Shown: positions 36,985 to 45,864 of the stretch, one piece after another
Layout: each line of letters opens with the position of its first letter
Numbering within the stretch: the first letter of the stretch is position 1
Assembly (NCBI GenBank): GCA_964622275.1
Contig: CAZUMX010000002.1
Coordinates: 3,247-58,199, forward strand
DNA: 54,953 nt
Direction of reading: 5' to 3'
DNA from: an uncultured Candidatus Saccharibacteria bacterium
GTDB lineage: Bacteria; Patescibacteriota; Minisyncoccia; Phycocordibacterales; UBA6899
Translations under genes and position numbers: made by a program
The notes under the pieces: generated by a model
Databases searched by the model: none
The model's input: the letters and a program-made list of their open reading frames with translations, nothing else
What the model was told of the DNA's origin: nothing

Positions 36985-37356
36985 ATGAAAAAAATCCTTA
37001 CCGGTGCTCTTCTTGCCGCAGCAGTTCTTCCTATCGTTGCTTCGGCTCAGTTTACTGATTTTGACACAGCCCTCTCTACGGTTGTTCGTTGGATTCAGCG
37101 TATTATTCCATTTATCCTTCTTCTTGCGACCCTCTATTTCTTCTGGGGTCTCACCAAGTTTATCCTCAATGCAGGAAACGAGGAGGCACAGGGTCAGGCA
37201 AAGCAGATCATGATCTGGGGTGTCGTGGCAGTTTTCGTGATGGTATCATTCTGGGGTCTCGTCGGGTTCCTCTCACAGACCTTCCGTCTCGATAACAACA
37301 CGGTGAATGTTGTGAACGCGCCAACAGGAATTGGAAACGTGGTTCCAACAATCTAA
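36985..37356 (+). CDS. T4SS-pilin-family protein, paralog 7 (subfamily B), separately transcribed
   Basis: The signal peptide ends IVASA|QF, with motif KFILNAGNEEAQGQAKQIMIW...SFWGLVG. It has its own 200-nt AT-rich upstream region and a strong terminator. Confidence 0.7.
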   Translation: MKKILTGALLAAAVLPIVASAQFTDFDTALSTVVRWIQRIIPFILLLATLYFFWGLTKFILNAGNEEAQGQAKQIMIWGVVAVFVMVSFWGLVGFLSQTFRLDNNTVNVVNAPTGIGNVVPTI

Positions 37357-37380
37357 ATCATCTAATGATGTAAACGAAAG

Positions 37381-37405
37381 ACCGCCTTAGGGCGGTTTTT
37401 TGTTT
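37381..37405 (+). terminator. Rho-independent terminator after pilin paralog 7
   Basis: ACCGCC-ttag-GGCGGT followed by TTTTTGTTT. Confidence 0.75.
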
Positions 37406-37410
37406 AAGAA

Positions 37411-37452
37411 AATAAAAATCCCGCTATAGTCATCCTTGACCATAGCGGGATT
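37411..37452 (-). terminator. Rho-independent terminator of the SPFH-like operon
   Basis: AATCCCGCTAT...ATAGCGGGATT (11-bp stem, 14-nt loop). On the minus strand it is followed by TTTTTATT. Confidence 0.65.
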
Positions 37453-37484
37453 CACAAACCGCTTCCCAATCTCTTTATGTGAAA

Positions 37485-38264
37485 TTATGTGAAAAAGAGG
37501 AAGGCAGTAAAGAACATGCTTCCGATTCCTGAGACCCACAGAACATGGGCGAAGCCTTTGGAGAAGGTCCCCAGCTTCTTCGCGTTGGACACTGTCCACC
37601 AATTCGCAACGAATGGGATGAAGAGAAGCATGTACACCAGATTTCGATAATCGGTGTAGTTTCTCATCCCTTCTAACTCAATGTTGTGGTAGATCCATCG
37701 CGTTGCCGTATAAGCCAGCATTGCGAAGATCGTGAACAACCCAACAACATAGAAGGTCCAGAACAAGAGCCATACGCTGCTATTCTTTTCCCACCAGGGC
37801 TTTTCTTCATCCTTTGCCTTCTGTGACTTCGTGTCTTTTTCTTCTTTGTCTTTTGTACCACTCTCCTTGGTTTTGCTAGGGTTTTCCTTGCGCTTTCGCA
37901 GAAGGTAGAATGCCCCAACCCCAATGAGAAGAAGTGGTCCCAGAACAGAAAGGGAGACCATCATGTTCTGGGACAGAGCAGATAGGCTGTCCCCGATGCT
38001 TAAGGTAAGCATCAGATAAACCCCTCCGATCAGTGTCGGCAGGATCACATAAAAGGGCCAGGATCCTCCCTGAGACCGTCGAGGGGTTTTCACAGTGCTT
38101 TTCTTTTCCTCTGTGCCACCAGTGGAAGCAGGGGTTTTTTGAAACCTCTGCTTTACACTGGTGATGCTCCACCTCAGGATCCACCAAAGAAGAAAGAAAG
38201 GGAATGTGACGCATTTCCATATCCACCACAACCCTCTCTTTATTCCTTCAAACCATTTTTTCAT
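37485..38264 (-). CDS. Polytopic membrane protein with Lys/Glu-rich loops (partner of the SPFH-like gene)
   Basis: I moved the start to MKKWFEG (ATG 38264), 1 nt after the upstream TAA. About 6 TM helices are separated by KTKESGTKDKEEKDTKSQKAKDEEK-type loops. I recognise no family. Confidence 0.55.
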   Translation of the reverse strand: MKKWFEGIKRGLWWIWKCVTFPFFLLWWILRWSITSVKQRFQKTPASTGGTEEKKSTVKTPRRSQGGSWPFYVILPTLIGGVYLMLTLSIGDSLSALSQNMMVSLSVLGPLLLIGVGAFYLLRKRKENPSKTKESGTKDKEEKDTKSQKAKDEEKPWWEKNSSVWLLFWTFYVVGLFTIFAMLAYTATRWIYHNIELEGMRNYTDYRNLVYMLLFIPFVANWWTVSNAKKLGTFSKGFAHVLWVSGIGSMFFTAFLFFT

Positions 38265-38265
38265 T

Positions 38266-39495
38266 TTACTCTCCGATGTCTTTCTTTGGTGAGGTTCCAG
38301 AGATCGGGATTGCAGTGAGGGGAGGCTGTCCTCCCTCACTCAGCACCAAAGTGCTCCCGTCGAAGCCTTCAATGGCCTTCCTCTTCTCACGTGCGCTCAA
38401 GAGTCGTGCGGTGTCCTCGCTTCCGAGACCACCAGACGCCCTCATCTGACGCATGCCATCATTGAGCACTGTGAGCTCACGCTCCTCGATGGCCACATCT
38501 CCTTGTGCCTTGAGTCGGGCAATCCGAAGATCGACTTCTGCGACCTTCTCCCTTCGCTCTGCGGCTTCTAGTGCTGCCAGTCCTGCCACACGTTCCTCAG
38601 CCTTCTTGCGGAACAAGTCTTTGAACTTGCCCCCAAGATCGAGGTCAGTGAGAATGAACTGCACATAATCGAAACCGAACAGTTCACGGGTCCCCTTGTT
38701 TTCTCCCCTAGGCTCGTCAATCATTGCCAGCTGATCAGCCAAGAAGCTCTTACCGGTCGTTCCGAGGAACTGGTCGGCGATGCCTCCCTGGATGATTTCA
38801 CGAGCGCCTTCTTCGGCCTTCTTTTTCGAGAGGCTGAGTTCGTCTCCGCTTATCTCGAAGAGTACCTTCCAGACATCCTTGATCTGAAGAAGGAAAGACC
38901 CACGTCCTTCCATAGGAACGCCTTCGTCTGCAGGGACTTCTTGTCCCCCGATGAAGACCTTCCCAGCACGCGCCGTCTCTGCTTCAGAGAAGCTGAACGG
39001 GCGTTCCTGCTGTGCGAGGACAAAATGATCGGTTATGTCCTTTGGACGCTCTGCTGTCGCTTTCCACTCGTCTTTCTCACGGGTAATTTCCCGTAAGTAA
39101 AGTTCCGTGGTTGGGGATAGGGTATCTAGTACGGTTCTTCCGACGAACACATACCCTGTGACGTAGTAGAGCCAAGCTTCTAAGATATACATCCAAAAGC
39201 TCAGACTCCCTCCGTTCGCAGATTCTCCAGGCTCACGAGGGCTGGCAATCCAGCTCGCTCTGTCACCAAGGTCATTTCCAGCGAACTTGTACCCTGGGCC
39301 AGCATGGAGCCGGTTGGGAACACCAGCTTTCATCGTCAGCTTGCCGTGTCCCGGTTCGACTTTCGTCACCCAGTAGGATTTGTCCTTCCGGGGCTTCGGG
39401 TTCTTCTGGTCGTTCGACCGAAACCGAACGATGAGAAGAGGGCCACCCCAGAAGATTCCTGCTCCGATGAGAACAGAGAAAAAAAGAATAAACAT
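38266..39495 (-). CDS. SPFH/band-7 (stomatin/flotillin)-like membrane-anchored protein; weak assignment
   Basis: An N-terminal TM helix is followed by VTKVEPGHGKLTMKAGVPNRLHAGPGYKF, which resembles the SPFH core start. The C-terminus has an Ala/Glu/Arg coiled-coil (AGLAALEAAERREKVAEVDLRIARLKAQ). A hand count of one 100-nt sample gives ~55% GC. GGAG lies 8 nt upstream of the ATG. Confidence 0.45.
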   Translation of the reverse strand: MFILFFSVLIGAGIFWGGPLLIVRFRSNDQKNPKPRKDKSYWVTKVEPGHGKLTMKAGVPNRLHAGPGYKFAGNDLGDRASWIASPREPGESANGGSLSFWMYILEAWLYYVTGYVFVGRTVLDTLSPTTELYLREITREKDEWKATAERPKDITDHFVLAQQERPFSFSEAETARAGKVFIGGQEVPADEGVPMEGRGSFLLQIKDVWKVLFEISGDELSLSKKKAEEGAREIIQGGIADQFLGTTGKSFLADQLAMIDEPRGENKGTRELFGFDYVQFILTDLDLGGKFKDLFRKKAEERVAGLAALEAAERREKVAEVDLRIARLKAQGDVAIEERELTVLNDGMRQMRASGGLGSEDTARLLSAREKRKAIEGFDGSTLVLSEGGQPPLTAIPISGTSPKKDIGE

Positions 39496-39587
39496 GACAA
39501 CGCTCCTATTTCTGTTGATTCAGTTTTTGATTTTCAAAAGGGTAGAGGCGAAATGCCCCAGAAATCCCGGACTTTCGTCTGAGAGAT

Positions 39588-39615
39588 ATTATACACAAAA
39601 ATACACATTTGTCAA
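39588..39615 (-). promoter_or_regulatory. Consensus sigma70-type promoter for the SPFH-like operon
   Basis: On the minus strand, TTGACA (39615-39610), a 16-nt spacer, then TATAAT (39593-39588). A second TTGACA lies 20 nt upstream (39635-39630). Confidence 0.55.
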
Positions 39616-39689
39616 TGTTTTTGATAGTTTGTCAAATGGCCTTGTTGAGCCGCTTTTTTGACACAGTAGGATAGAGAAATACGCATTTT

Positions 39690-42600
39690 TTATGCCTGCG
39701 TATGTGTGCGAGTCACTTTTGTTCTATGTCGGTAGTAGAGGACAGGAATGTATACGAGGGTGAGGAGAAGTGAGTATGAGAGTCCAAACATGATCGCAAA
39801 GGCAAAAGGCCCCCATAACGCTGAAGAGAATGAGAGTGGAATCATGCCGAGCACAGTGGTGATCGTCGTGAGAATGATTGGTCGAAAGCGTGTTGCTGAA
39901 GCCTCAATAACAATTTCTTTCAGATTGTGTTGTGCATTATCGCGTTCTTCAAATCGTCGGTATGAGTCCATAAGGATAATGGCATGGTTGATGATCACTC
40001 CGCCTAATGCGATGACTCCAAGCATGGACGTGAATCCCAGCGGCTGGCCCGAGAAGAATAATCCAAAGAATACTCCCGCAAGCGAAAGAGGGACGATACG
40101 CAGGAGATAGAACGCGTAACGGAATGAGTTAAATTCCAAAACAAGAATGGCAAGCATAAGAATCATGCCAATAAGAAATGCGAGGAGCATGTCACGGAAC
40201 GAGTTTTGGATATCTTCGGTTTCTCCACCCGCCTTGAGAGTGACTCCGTTTGGTAGTCCTTGTGCGGCAAGAGTGTCGGTGAGTTCTTTGGTGATTTTGC
40301 TCGCGTTTCCGCCCTCGGTGGTGTATGCGCTGACGGTGACTTGCCGAGTACGATCTTCATGAGCAATCACTTTTGTGTTACGGGTGAGCGCGAGAGAGAG
40401 GAAGTTGCCCAGAGCGACATTTCCACGGGGTGTTGGGATTTGGATGTTTCTGATTGTGTCAGGGGATGTGTTCGTGGTCTTTGTTGCATCTGTAAATCCT
40501 GGATCAAGAGCGAGTTTCACCACAACATCAATATCATCATCTTTGTTCTTGATGACCGTTGCGGTAAGTCCGTTGACTGCTGCGCGTAGGGTTTGCGCGA
40601 CAAGCTGTGCAGAGACTCCGTATTCTGCTGCCTTTGCTCGATCGATTGAAAATGAAAATTCAGTAGACGCATTATCGGTTGATGCCGAGATGTCTTTTGT
40701 TCCAGGAATGCGAGAAAGAATATCCTGTGCGTTGTTCGCAGCTGTTTCTAATGAGCCAAAGTCGTCTCCGAGAAATTGAATAGATACTGGAGCCGAGCTT
40801 GGTGGACCATTGTTGATTTGGAGGACGGTAATCTTCGCCTCCTTGATAGGCAGGAGAGCTTTTCTCACAACCTCAACAACTTCTGTGCTCGATAGGGAAG
40901 ATTCTTTATCAAGCTTAGCGACAATATTTGAGAATTTTGCCCCCACGCTTATTGCCCCACCCGCACCACCAGTGAAAGAGTTCGATCGTCCGATCGTTGT
41001 TGCGAAACTTTTAATAGCGGGCTCTGTATACAATACTTCTTCAACTTTTCGTGTGGTAATGTCTGTCTCTTCTAAAGGCGTGCCTTCTGCCTTCTCAATA
41101 TCAATGAGAATAAAGTCTTGTTCATCTTGTCCGAAGAAGATGGCTTCTACAAGGCCAGTGATGGGAAGAAGAAGTCCAAGAATAAAGAGAAACGTCACAC
41201 CACGGAGAAACCATTTCTCTGTGCGTTCGTGCCCAAGGAATTTTCGCAAAAAGTTTTTATACCATTCTTTGGAGCGTTCAGAAATTTCTTCCTGAAATCG
41301 TTCGGTTTCTGTGTGTTCATGTTGCCCGCCCTTCATGAAGCGTGTCGCAAGATAGGGGAGGAATCCGAGAGCGACAAAAATTGATGCGATAAGAACAAGA
41401 ATAATGGTATAGGGAATCGTGGCAACAAACTTCCCAACAATGCCAGAGAGGTTGAGAAGTGGAACAAACACCGCAATGGTGGTGAACGTTCCCGCAATGA
41501 GTGGCCACGCATATTCTTCAATGGAAGCCACTGCAGCGTCCTCAATATTCTTATATTTCTCTAGCCGAGAGTGAATAGCCTCTATCACGACAATTCCAAT
41601 ATCGACAAGGATTCCAATCGAGAGGATCAGCGAGAAAAGTGTCATGAAGTTAATGGTTTTTCCGCTGGTGTAGAGACCAAAGAATGCAATGAGAAATGAG
41701 AGTGGAACAGAAATTGATGCAATGAGCGCTTCTTTCCAGCCGATGGTAAGAAAGAGGACAAGAGCGACGAGAATCATTGTCTCTATACCTGTCTTGGTGA
41801 GGTTGGAGATATCTTTACGAATCTGGTCCCCCTCACTATAAATAGTGAGAGTTTGAGATCCCCCAAGTATTCCAGATTTAAGTTCTTCAATTTTTTCTTC
41901 AACCCCAGATGCGACTTTCAAGATATTTGACCCAGAGGTTTTATAGACATTGAATGTTAATGCCTGCTCAGACGGGGCTTTGTCTACTGAGATTCGAGAG
42001 AGCGATGATGATTTTTCAACACCGTCAGAGATTAAAGCGACATCACGAAGGTAAATCACTTGCCGTGCTGGCGTGGAGAGTGGTACCCCCATAAGCTCCT
42101 TAGGATCTTTAAGATCACCAACGAATCCAACATTGTAGTCCACTCCTGCGGTAGTGATTGTCCCTACTGGGAGTGCGGTGTTTGCGGAACGGATTGCCCC
42201 GATAACATCAAGGAGAGAAAGCCCATAATCGGCGAGTTTTTCCTTTGAGACAACAACCTGAACTTCACGTTTTCGATCTCCAGCGATCTCGACTTTTCCA
42301 ACTCCCGAGACACCCTTGAGTTCGTCTTTTACCGTGCGTGCGAGGGCGGTGAATTGTTGTGGTGCGAGATCTGACGATAGGGAAAAAATCAAAATAGGCT
42401 GGTCAGCGAAATTTACCTCAGACACCTCTGGGTCCTCTGCTCCATCAGGGAGTTCAGATTTTGCTTTATCCACAGCGTCTTTGAGCTCCGCAATAGATTT
42501 ATCAATATCCGCATCAGCGGTGAATTGAACAGAAATGACCGACACATTCTCTCGGCTTGACGACGTGATCTTGTCGAGCTTGGGGACATTTGCTAGCCCC

Positions 42601-42809
42601 GCCTCAAGTGGGTTTGTGACGAGTGTCTCAATGTTCTCGCTAGATGCACCCGGGAAAACCGTGGTCACGATACCAAGAGCAATTTTAATTTCTGGAGCTG
42701 ATTCTTTTGGGATCAGCAACATTCCGGCAAATCCCGTAATGACTGACGCAATAATGAGCAAAGTGGTGAATTGCTTTTTTTGAAGGAAAAATTTCCAAAG
42801 TGGAATCAT
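39690..42809 (-). CDS. RND-family efflux transporter permease (AcrB-like)
   Basis: 1039 aa with a 12-TM layout and two large extracytoplasmic loops. The N-terminus is AcrB-like (LLIIASVITGFAGMLLIPKESAPEI). Confidence 0.88.
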   Translation of the reverse strand: MIPLWKFFLQKKQFTTLLIIASVITGFAGMLLIPKESAPEIKIALGIVTTVFPGASSENIETLVTNPLEAGLANVPKLDKITSSSRENVSVISVQFTADADIDKSIAELKDAVDKAKSELPDGAEDPEVSEVNFADQPILIFSLSSDLAPQQFTALARTVKDELKGVSGVGKVEIAGDRKREVQVVVSKEKLADYGLSLLDVIGAIRSANTALPVGTITTAGVDYNVGFVGDLKDPKELMGVPLSTPARQVIYLRDVALISDGVEKSSSLSRISVDKAPSEQALTFNVYKTSGSNILKVASGVEEKIEELKSGILGGSQTLTIYSEGDQIRKDISNLTKTGIETMILVALVLFLTIGWKEALIASISVPLSFLIAFFGLYTSGKTINFMTLFSLILSIGILVDIGIVVIEAIHSRLEKYKNIEDAAVASIEEYAWPLIAGTFTTIAVFVPLLNLSGIVGKFVATIPYTIILVLIASIFVALGFLPYLATRFMKGGQHEHTETERFQEEISERSKEWYKNFLRKFLGHERTEKWFLRGVTFLFILGLLLPITGLVEAIFFGQDEQDFILIDIEKAEGTPLEETDITTRKVEEVLYTEPAIKSFATTIGRSNSFTGGAGGAISVGAKFSNIVAKLDKESSLSSTEVVEVVRKALLPIKEAKITVLQINNGPPSSAPVSIQFLGDDFGSLETAANNAQDILSRIPGTKDISASTDNASTEFSFSIDRAKAAEYGVSAQLVAQTLRAAVNGLTATVIKNKDDDIDVVVKLALDPGFTDATKTTNTSPDTIRNIQIPTPRGNVALGNFLSLALTRNTKVIAHEDRTRQVTVSAYTTEGGNASKITKELTDTLAAQGLPNGVTLKAGGETEDIQNSFRDMLLAFLIGMILMLAILVLEFNSFRYAFYLLRIVPLSLAGVFFGLFFSGQPLGFTSMLGVIALGGVIINHAIILMDSYRRFEERDNAQHNLKEIVIEASATRFRPIILTTITTVLGMIPLSFSSALWGPFAFAIMFGLSYSLLLTLVYIPVLYYRHRTKVTRTHTQA

Positions 42810-42814
42810 ACAGA

Positions 42815-44527
42815 TTATTGTGCTATCACTTCAATGCTCTGGTTGGGGCGCAGTCCACGGGCATCACGGACAATCTCAGTCAGTCCTGAAAGACCAGAAA
42901 GGATGGTCACTCTATCTCCCAAGAGGGGACCAAGAACCACTGGATGTTCTTCGAGCGTGCTGCTTGCAGTCACAGTAAAGACCACCGCACGATCTGCGTA
43001 GAGCTTTACAGCAGAAAGGGGAAGGGTCGCTGGGTTGTTTGTGGACAGTGATACTTGCCCTGTTCTCTCAATGGACACGCTAATCGATGTTCCGTTGATG
43101 AGGGTTTTATTTGGGTCGGTAAGCGCAATGCGGACTTCCGCAGATTTGGTAATTGGATCAATTCCTGGCGAAACACGAGTGACGACTCCTTCAAGACCTT
43201 TGTCTGTTGTTACACGTGTGCCAACTCGGATTGACGGAATATCATCCGCAGTAATTGATGCTTTAACCTCACTTCCTGATGTGTTTGTGATAGAGGCGAC
43301 AAGAGTTCCTGCGGGGATGGATTCTCCAACGTCCGCAACAAGTGAATTAATCGTTCCAAAAATAGGAGTACGAATAATGGTTTTCTCCCATCCTGCAAGG
43401 GCAAGAGCATATGCTCCTTGCGCCTGCTTGAGTCCAGCACGAGCTTGGAGAACATCTTCTGCGCGAGCAGGGGTCATTCCTTGCGAAAGATTTGCTTCAG
43501 CGACCGTGAGGGCCGTTGTCTTTCCCGAGAGGTCCTGGATGGTTCCAGAAATAGTCTGAAGATTTCCAGAGAGTATTTGCTGCGCTGCGCTGACTGTTGC
43601 CGAAGATCCACTAATTGCGCTTTGGGGCTGGTTTGTCGAAGGAATAGCCTGATTCATTGCACGGAGTACGCTATCGATGAATGAGAGGAGAGTTCTCGTC
43701 TCTGTTCGTGCACGCTCGAGCTCAAGAGTGAGGTCCATCGAAGGGGAGAGCTGCGCAGCTCGAGCAGCTTGATCATTCAATATTTTTTCGATGACAGGTC
43801 TTGTGTTCTCGATTTCTCCCTCGAGTCGCGAATCGCTTGTATTATAGATAAATTGCGGCGCACTTGTGCGTGGGTTTGTGAATACACTATCGACTTTAGC
43901 ATGAATAGCATCGTCATTTCCGATATAGAGCGTCTTGAGTGTGTTGACGGTGTTTTCTTTCGTTGCATCAAGCGCAGTCTGCGCCCCTGCTTTACTCGCC
44001 TCAAGGATACTCAGTGTTTCAGTGCGACTTCCATTTTCGACTCGTGCCAATGCTGCTCTTGCTGACTCCAGTGCCCCCTCTGCTTGAAGGAGTCCAGCAC
44101 GTTCTCTGGCATTGTCGAACTCAACGAGTACTTCTCCTGCGGCGACTCGGTCTCCCGCACGGCGATTGACGCGAGTGACACGTCCTCCCATGTCTGTACG
44201 AAGATCCGCACGTTCAAGTGCGCTGACTTCTCCTACAAGGTTTAGGGGACCAACAGCACCACTTTCTTCAGAGAGAGAAAGGAGTGAAACTTGTCTGAGT
44301 GACGAAGCCGCCTCATTGTCGTCTCCAGAGGGGACGATGCGCATGATTGTTGTCACCAAAAGCAACAGAATCAACCCGACGAGAGGAATTCTCCAATAGA
44401 GTTTCTTTGGTGCGAACATCCAAGAGAAAAAACGCTCGAGTTTGGAACGGAGCATATTCCAGGATAGGTTTTGACGGAGTGAACGAAGGGTGGATTTGAT
44501 ATGGTGAAGCATAAGATACGCACGCAC
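42815..44527 (-). CDS. RND periplasmic adaptor (MFP/HlyD family), unusually long
   Basis: It has the lipoyl-like motif GRVTRVNRRAGDRVAAGEVLVEFD, a long Ala/Leu/Gln helical hairpin region and a beta-barrel C-terminus. The gene ends 5 nt before the pump start. The start codon is uncertain. Confidence 0.75.
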   Translation of the reverse strand: MRAYLMLHHIKSTLRSLRQNLSWNMLRSKLERFFSWMFAPKKLYWRIPLVGLILLLLVTTIMRIVPSGDDNEAASSLRQVSLLSLSEESGAVGPLNLVGEVSALERADLRTDMGGRVTRVNRRAGDRVAAGEVLVEFDNARERAGLLQAEGALESARAALARVENGSRTETLSILEASKAGAQTALDATKENTVNTLKTLYIGNDDAIHAKVDSVFTNPRTSAPQFIYNTSDSRLEGEIENTRPVIEKILNDQAARAAQLSPSMDLTLELERARTETRTLLSFIDSVLRAMNQAIPSTNQPQSAISGSSATVSAAQQILSGNLQTISGTIQDLSGKTTALTVAEANLSQGMTPARAEDVLQARAGLKQAQGAYALALAGWEKTIIRTPIFGTINSLVADVGESIPAGTLVASITNTSGSEVKASITADDIPSIRVGTRVTTDKGLEGVVTRVSPGIDPITKSAEVRIALTDPNKTLINGTSISVSIERTGQVSLSTNNPATLPLSAVKLYADRAVVFTVTASSTLEEHPVVLGPLLGDRVTILSGLSGLTEIVRDARGLRPNQSIEVIAQ

Positions 44528-44619
44528 ATCTCCCTGGGCGGGGAGAATATTTTATAAAAATAAAGACAGAAATACAGAAGAGAACCCGGCCTACACAGTA
44601 GCAGAAAAACTCCCTCTCG

Positions 44620-45432
44620 TCAAAGAAGACTTGTGGTCTCGTCACGGTATTTTTTCGGAGGCAATGGGAAAAACGCACTCGTCGTCTTTTTGTATTCTTC
44701 ATAGTCAGAATTCCCAGCGTACTTTTTTTCGAGCATAGGGATTCCTGATATTCCAAGAATAAGGACTGTAATAGTTATTGGGCCTATGACGGAGATCCAC
44801 CCTAGGGGAGCTCCAAGCGCAATAACAAAGATTCCCCACCATAATGTGACTTCACCAAAATAGTTTGGATGTCTCGTGTATGACCAAAGCCCAGACTTCA
44901 TGACGGGGCCATGATTTTGTTGAGACAAAAAAATAGACAGTTGCCGATCGCCCACAGCCTCGAAGAAGAAACCCAAGAAGAACAGACTAGACCCAACGAT
45001 CATCCACATGTCGATTGATGTACGTATATCCATACTAGAAACAAGAAATCCTGGAGCGATCACCAGCAAGAGAAGAGCTCCCTGAAGCATAAATACTTGA
45101 AAAAAAGAACGAAGATAAAACCATCGTCCCCACGCCTCTCTCCATGCTCTATATCTGAAGTCCTCAGTCTTCCCGTGATTCCGCTTATGGATGTGCCAGG
45201 AAAGTCGTACTCCCCAGAGAGTAATGAGGATTGCAACAAGAATAGGTCCCAGGGTGAATGCTTGATTCCAGATAAGGGAGACCCACATCGCAAGAATAAA
45301 TCCTGGACCCCATGCGACATCAGCAAGATCGTTGCGTTGTTTTTTTACAGAAACAATAAACCATGCCGTCATATAAAGGAAAACCGTCAGTGCTCCGATG
45401 ACGTAGGTTGAGGTGAGGATCAAAGGGAACAT
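44620..45432 (-). CDS. DUF1295 / steroid-5-alpha-reductase-ICMT-like membrane protein
   Basis: It carries the motif GLWSYTRHPNYFGEVTLWWG. I moved the start to MFPLILTS (ATG 45432), 5 nt after the upstream stop. Confidence 0.7.
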   Translation of the reverse strand: MFPLILTSTYVIGALTVFLYMTAWFIVSVKKQRNDLADVAWGPGFILAMWVSLIWNQAFTLGPILVAILITLWGVRLSWHIHKRNHGKTEDFRYRAWREAWGRWFYLRSFFQVFMLQGALLLLVIAPGFLVSSMDIRTSIDMWMIVGSSLFFLGFFFEAVGDRQLSIFLSQQNHGPVMKSGLWSYTRHPNYFGEVTLWWGIFVIALGAPLGWISVIGPITITVLILGISGIPMLEKKYAGNSDYEEYKKTTSAFFPLPPKKYRDETTSLL

Positions 45433-45437
45433 GAAGA

Positions 45438-45842
45438 CTAGGAGAGGAGACGTCCAAGGGAGATTCCAATTGCAGCAATCACTGCGGTAAGAAAAGTCCC
45501 CCATGCCATATCGACAACAGTAACAATCGCTGGCCAATCGCGGACAAGCCCATGGTTCGTGAGGTCGTATGTTGCATACGCCACAAATCCGAGAAGTGCT
45601 CCCATGAGGACCGCTTTTCCAAGTGGCATATCACCAGCGAGAGCAGGGGAGATCACAAACGCCATCAATCCACCTATATATATGAGGTAGAAAAAGACGA
45701 TAGGGACCATGCGGAAGTTCTCAGCAAAGAGATATCCTAGGTGTTTTTGATAAAAACCCTTAGCGACTCCTCCTATCCACAAGAGGTCAATGACGACCAT
45801 TGCAACGATGCATGCGATGTATATAAGAAGAAGTTTCGGCAT
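45438..45842 (-). CDS. DUF2177-family membrane protein
   Basis: Family-like segments are IDLLWIGGVAKGFYQKHLG and YATYDLTNHGLVRDWP...VDMAWG. The start is taken at MPKLLL (45842). Confidence 0.6.
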   Translation of the reverse strand: MPKLLLIYIACIVAMVVIDLLWIGGVAKGFYQKHLGYLFAENFRMVPIVFFYLIYIGGLMAFVISPALAGDMPLGKAVLMGALLGFVAYATYDLTNHGLVRDWPAIVTVVDMAWGTFLTAVIAAIGISLGRLLS

Positions 45843-45864
45843 ATCTATAAGTCTAAAAAGTATA

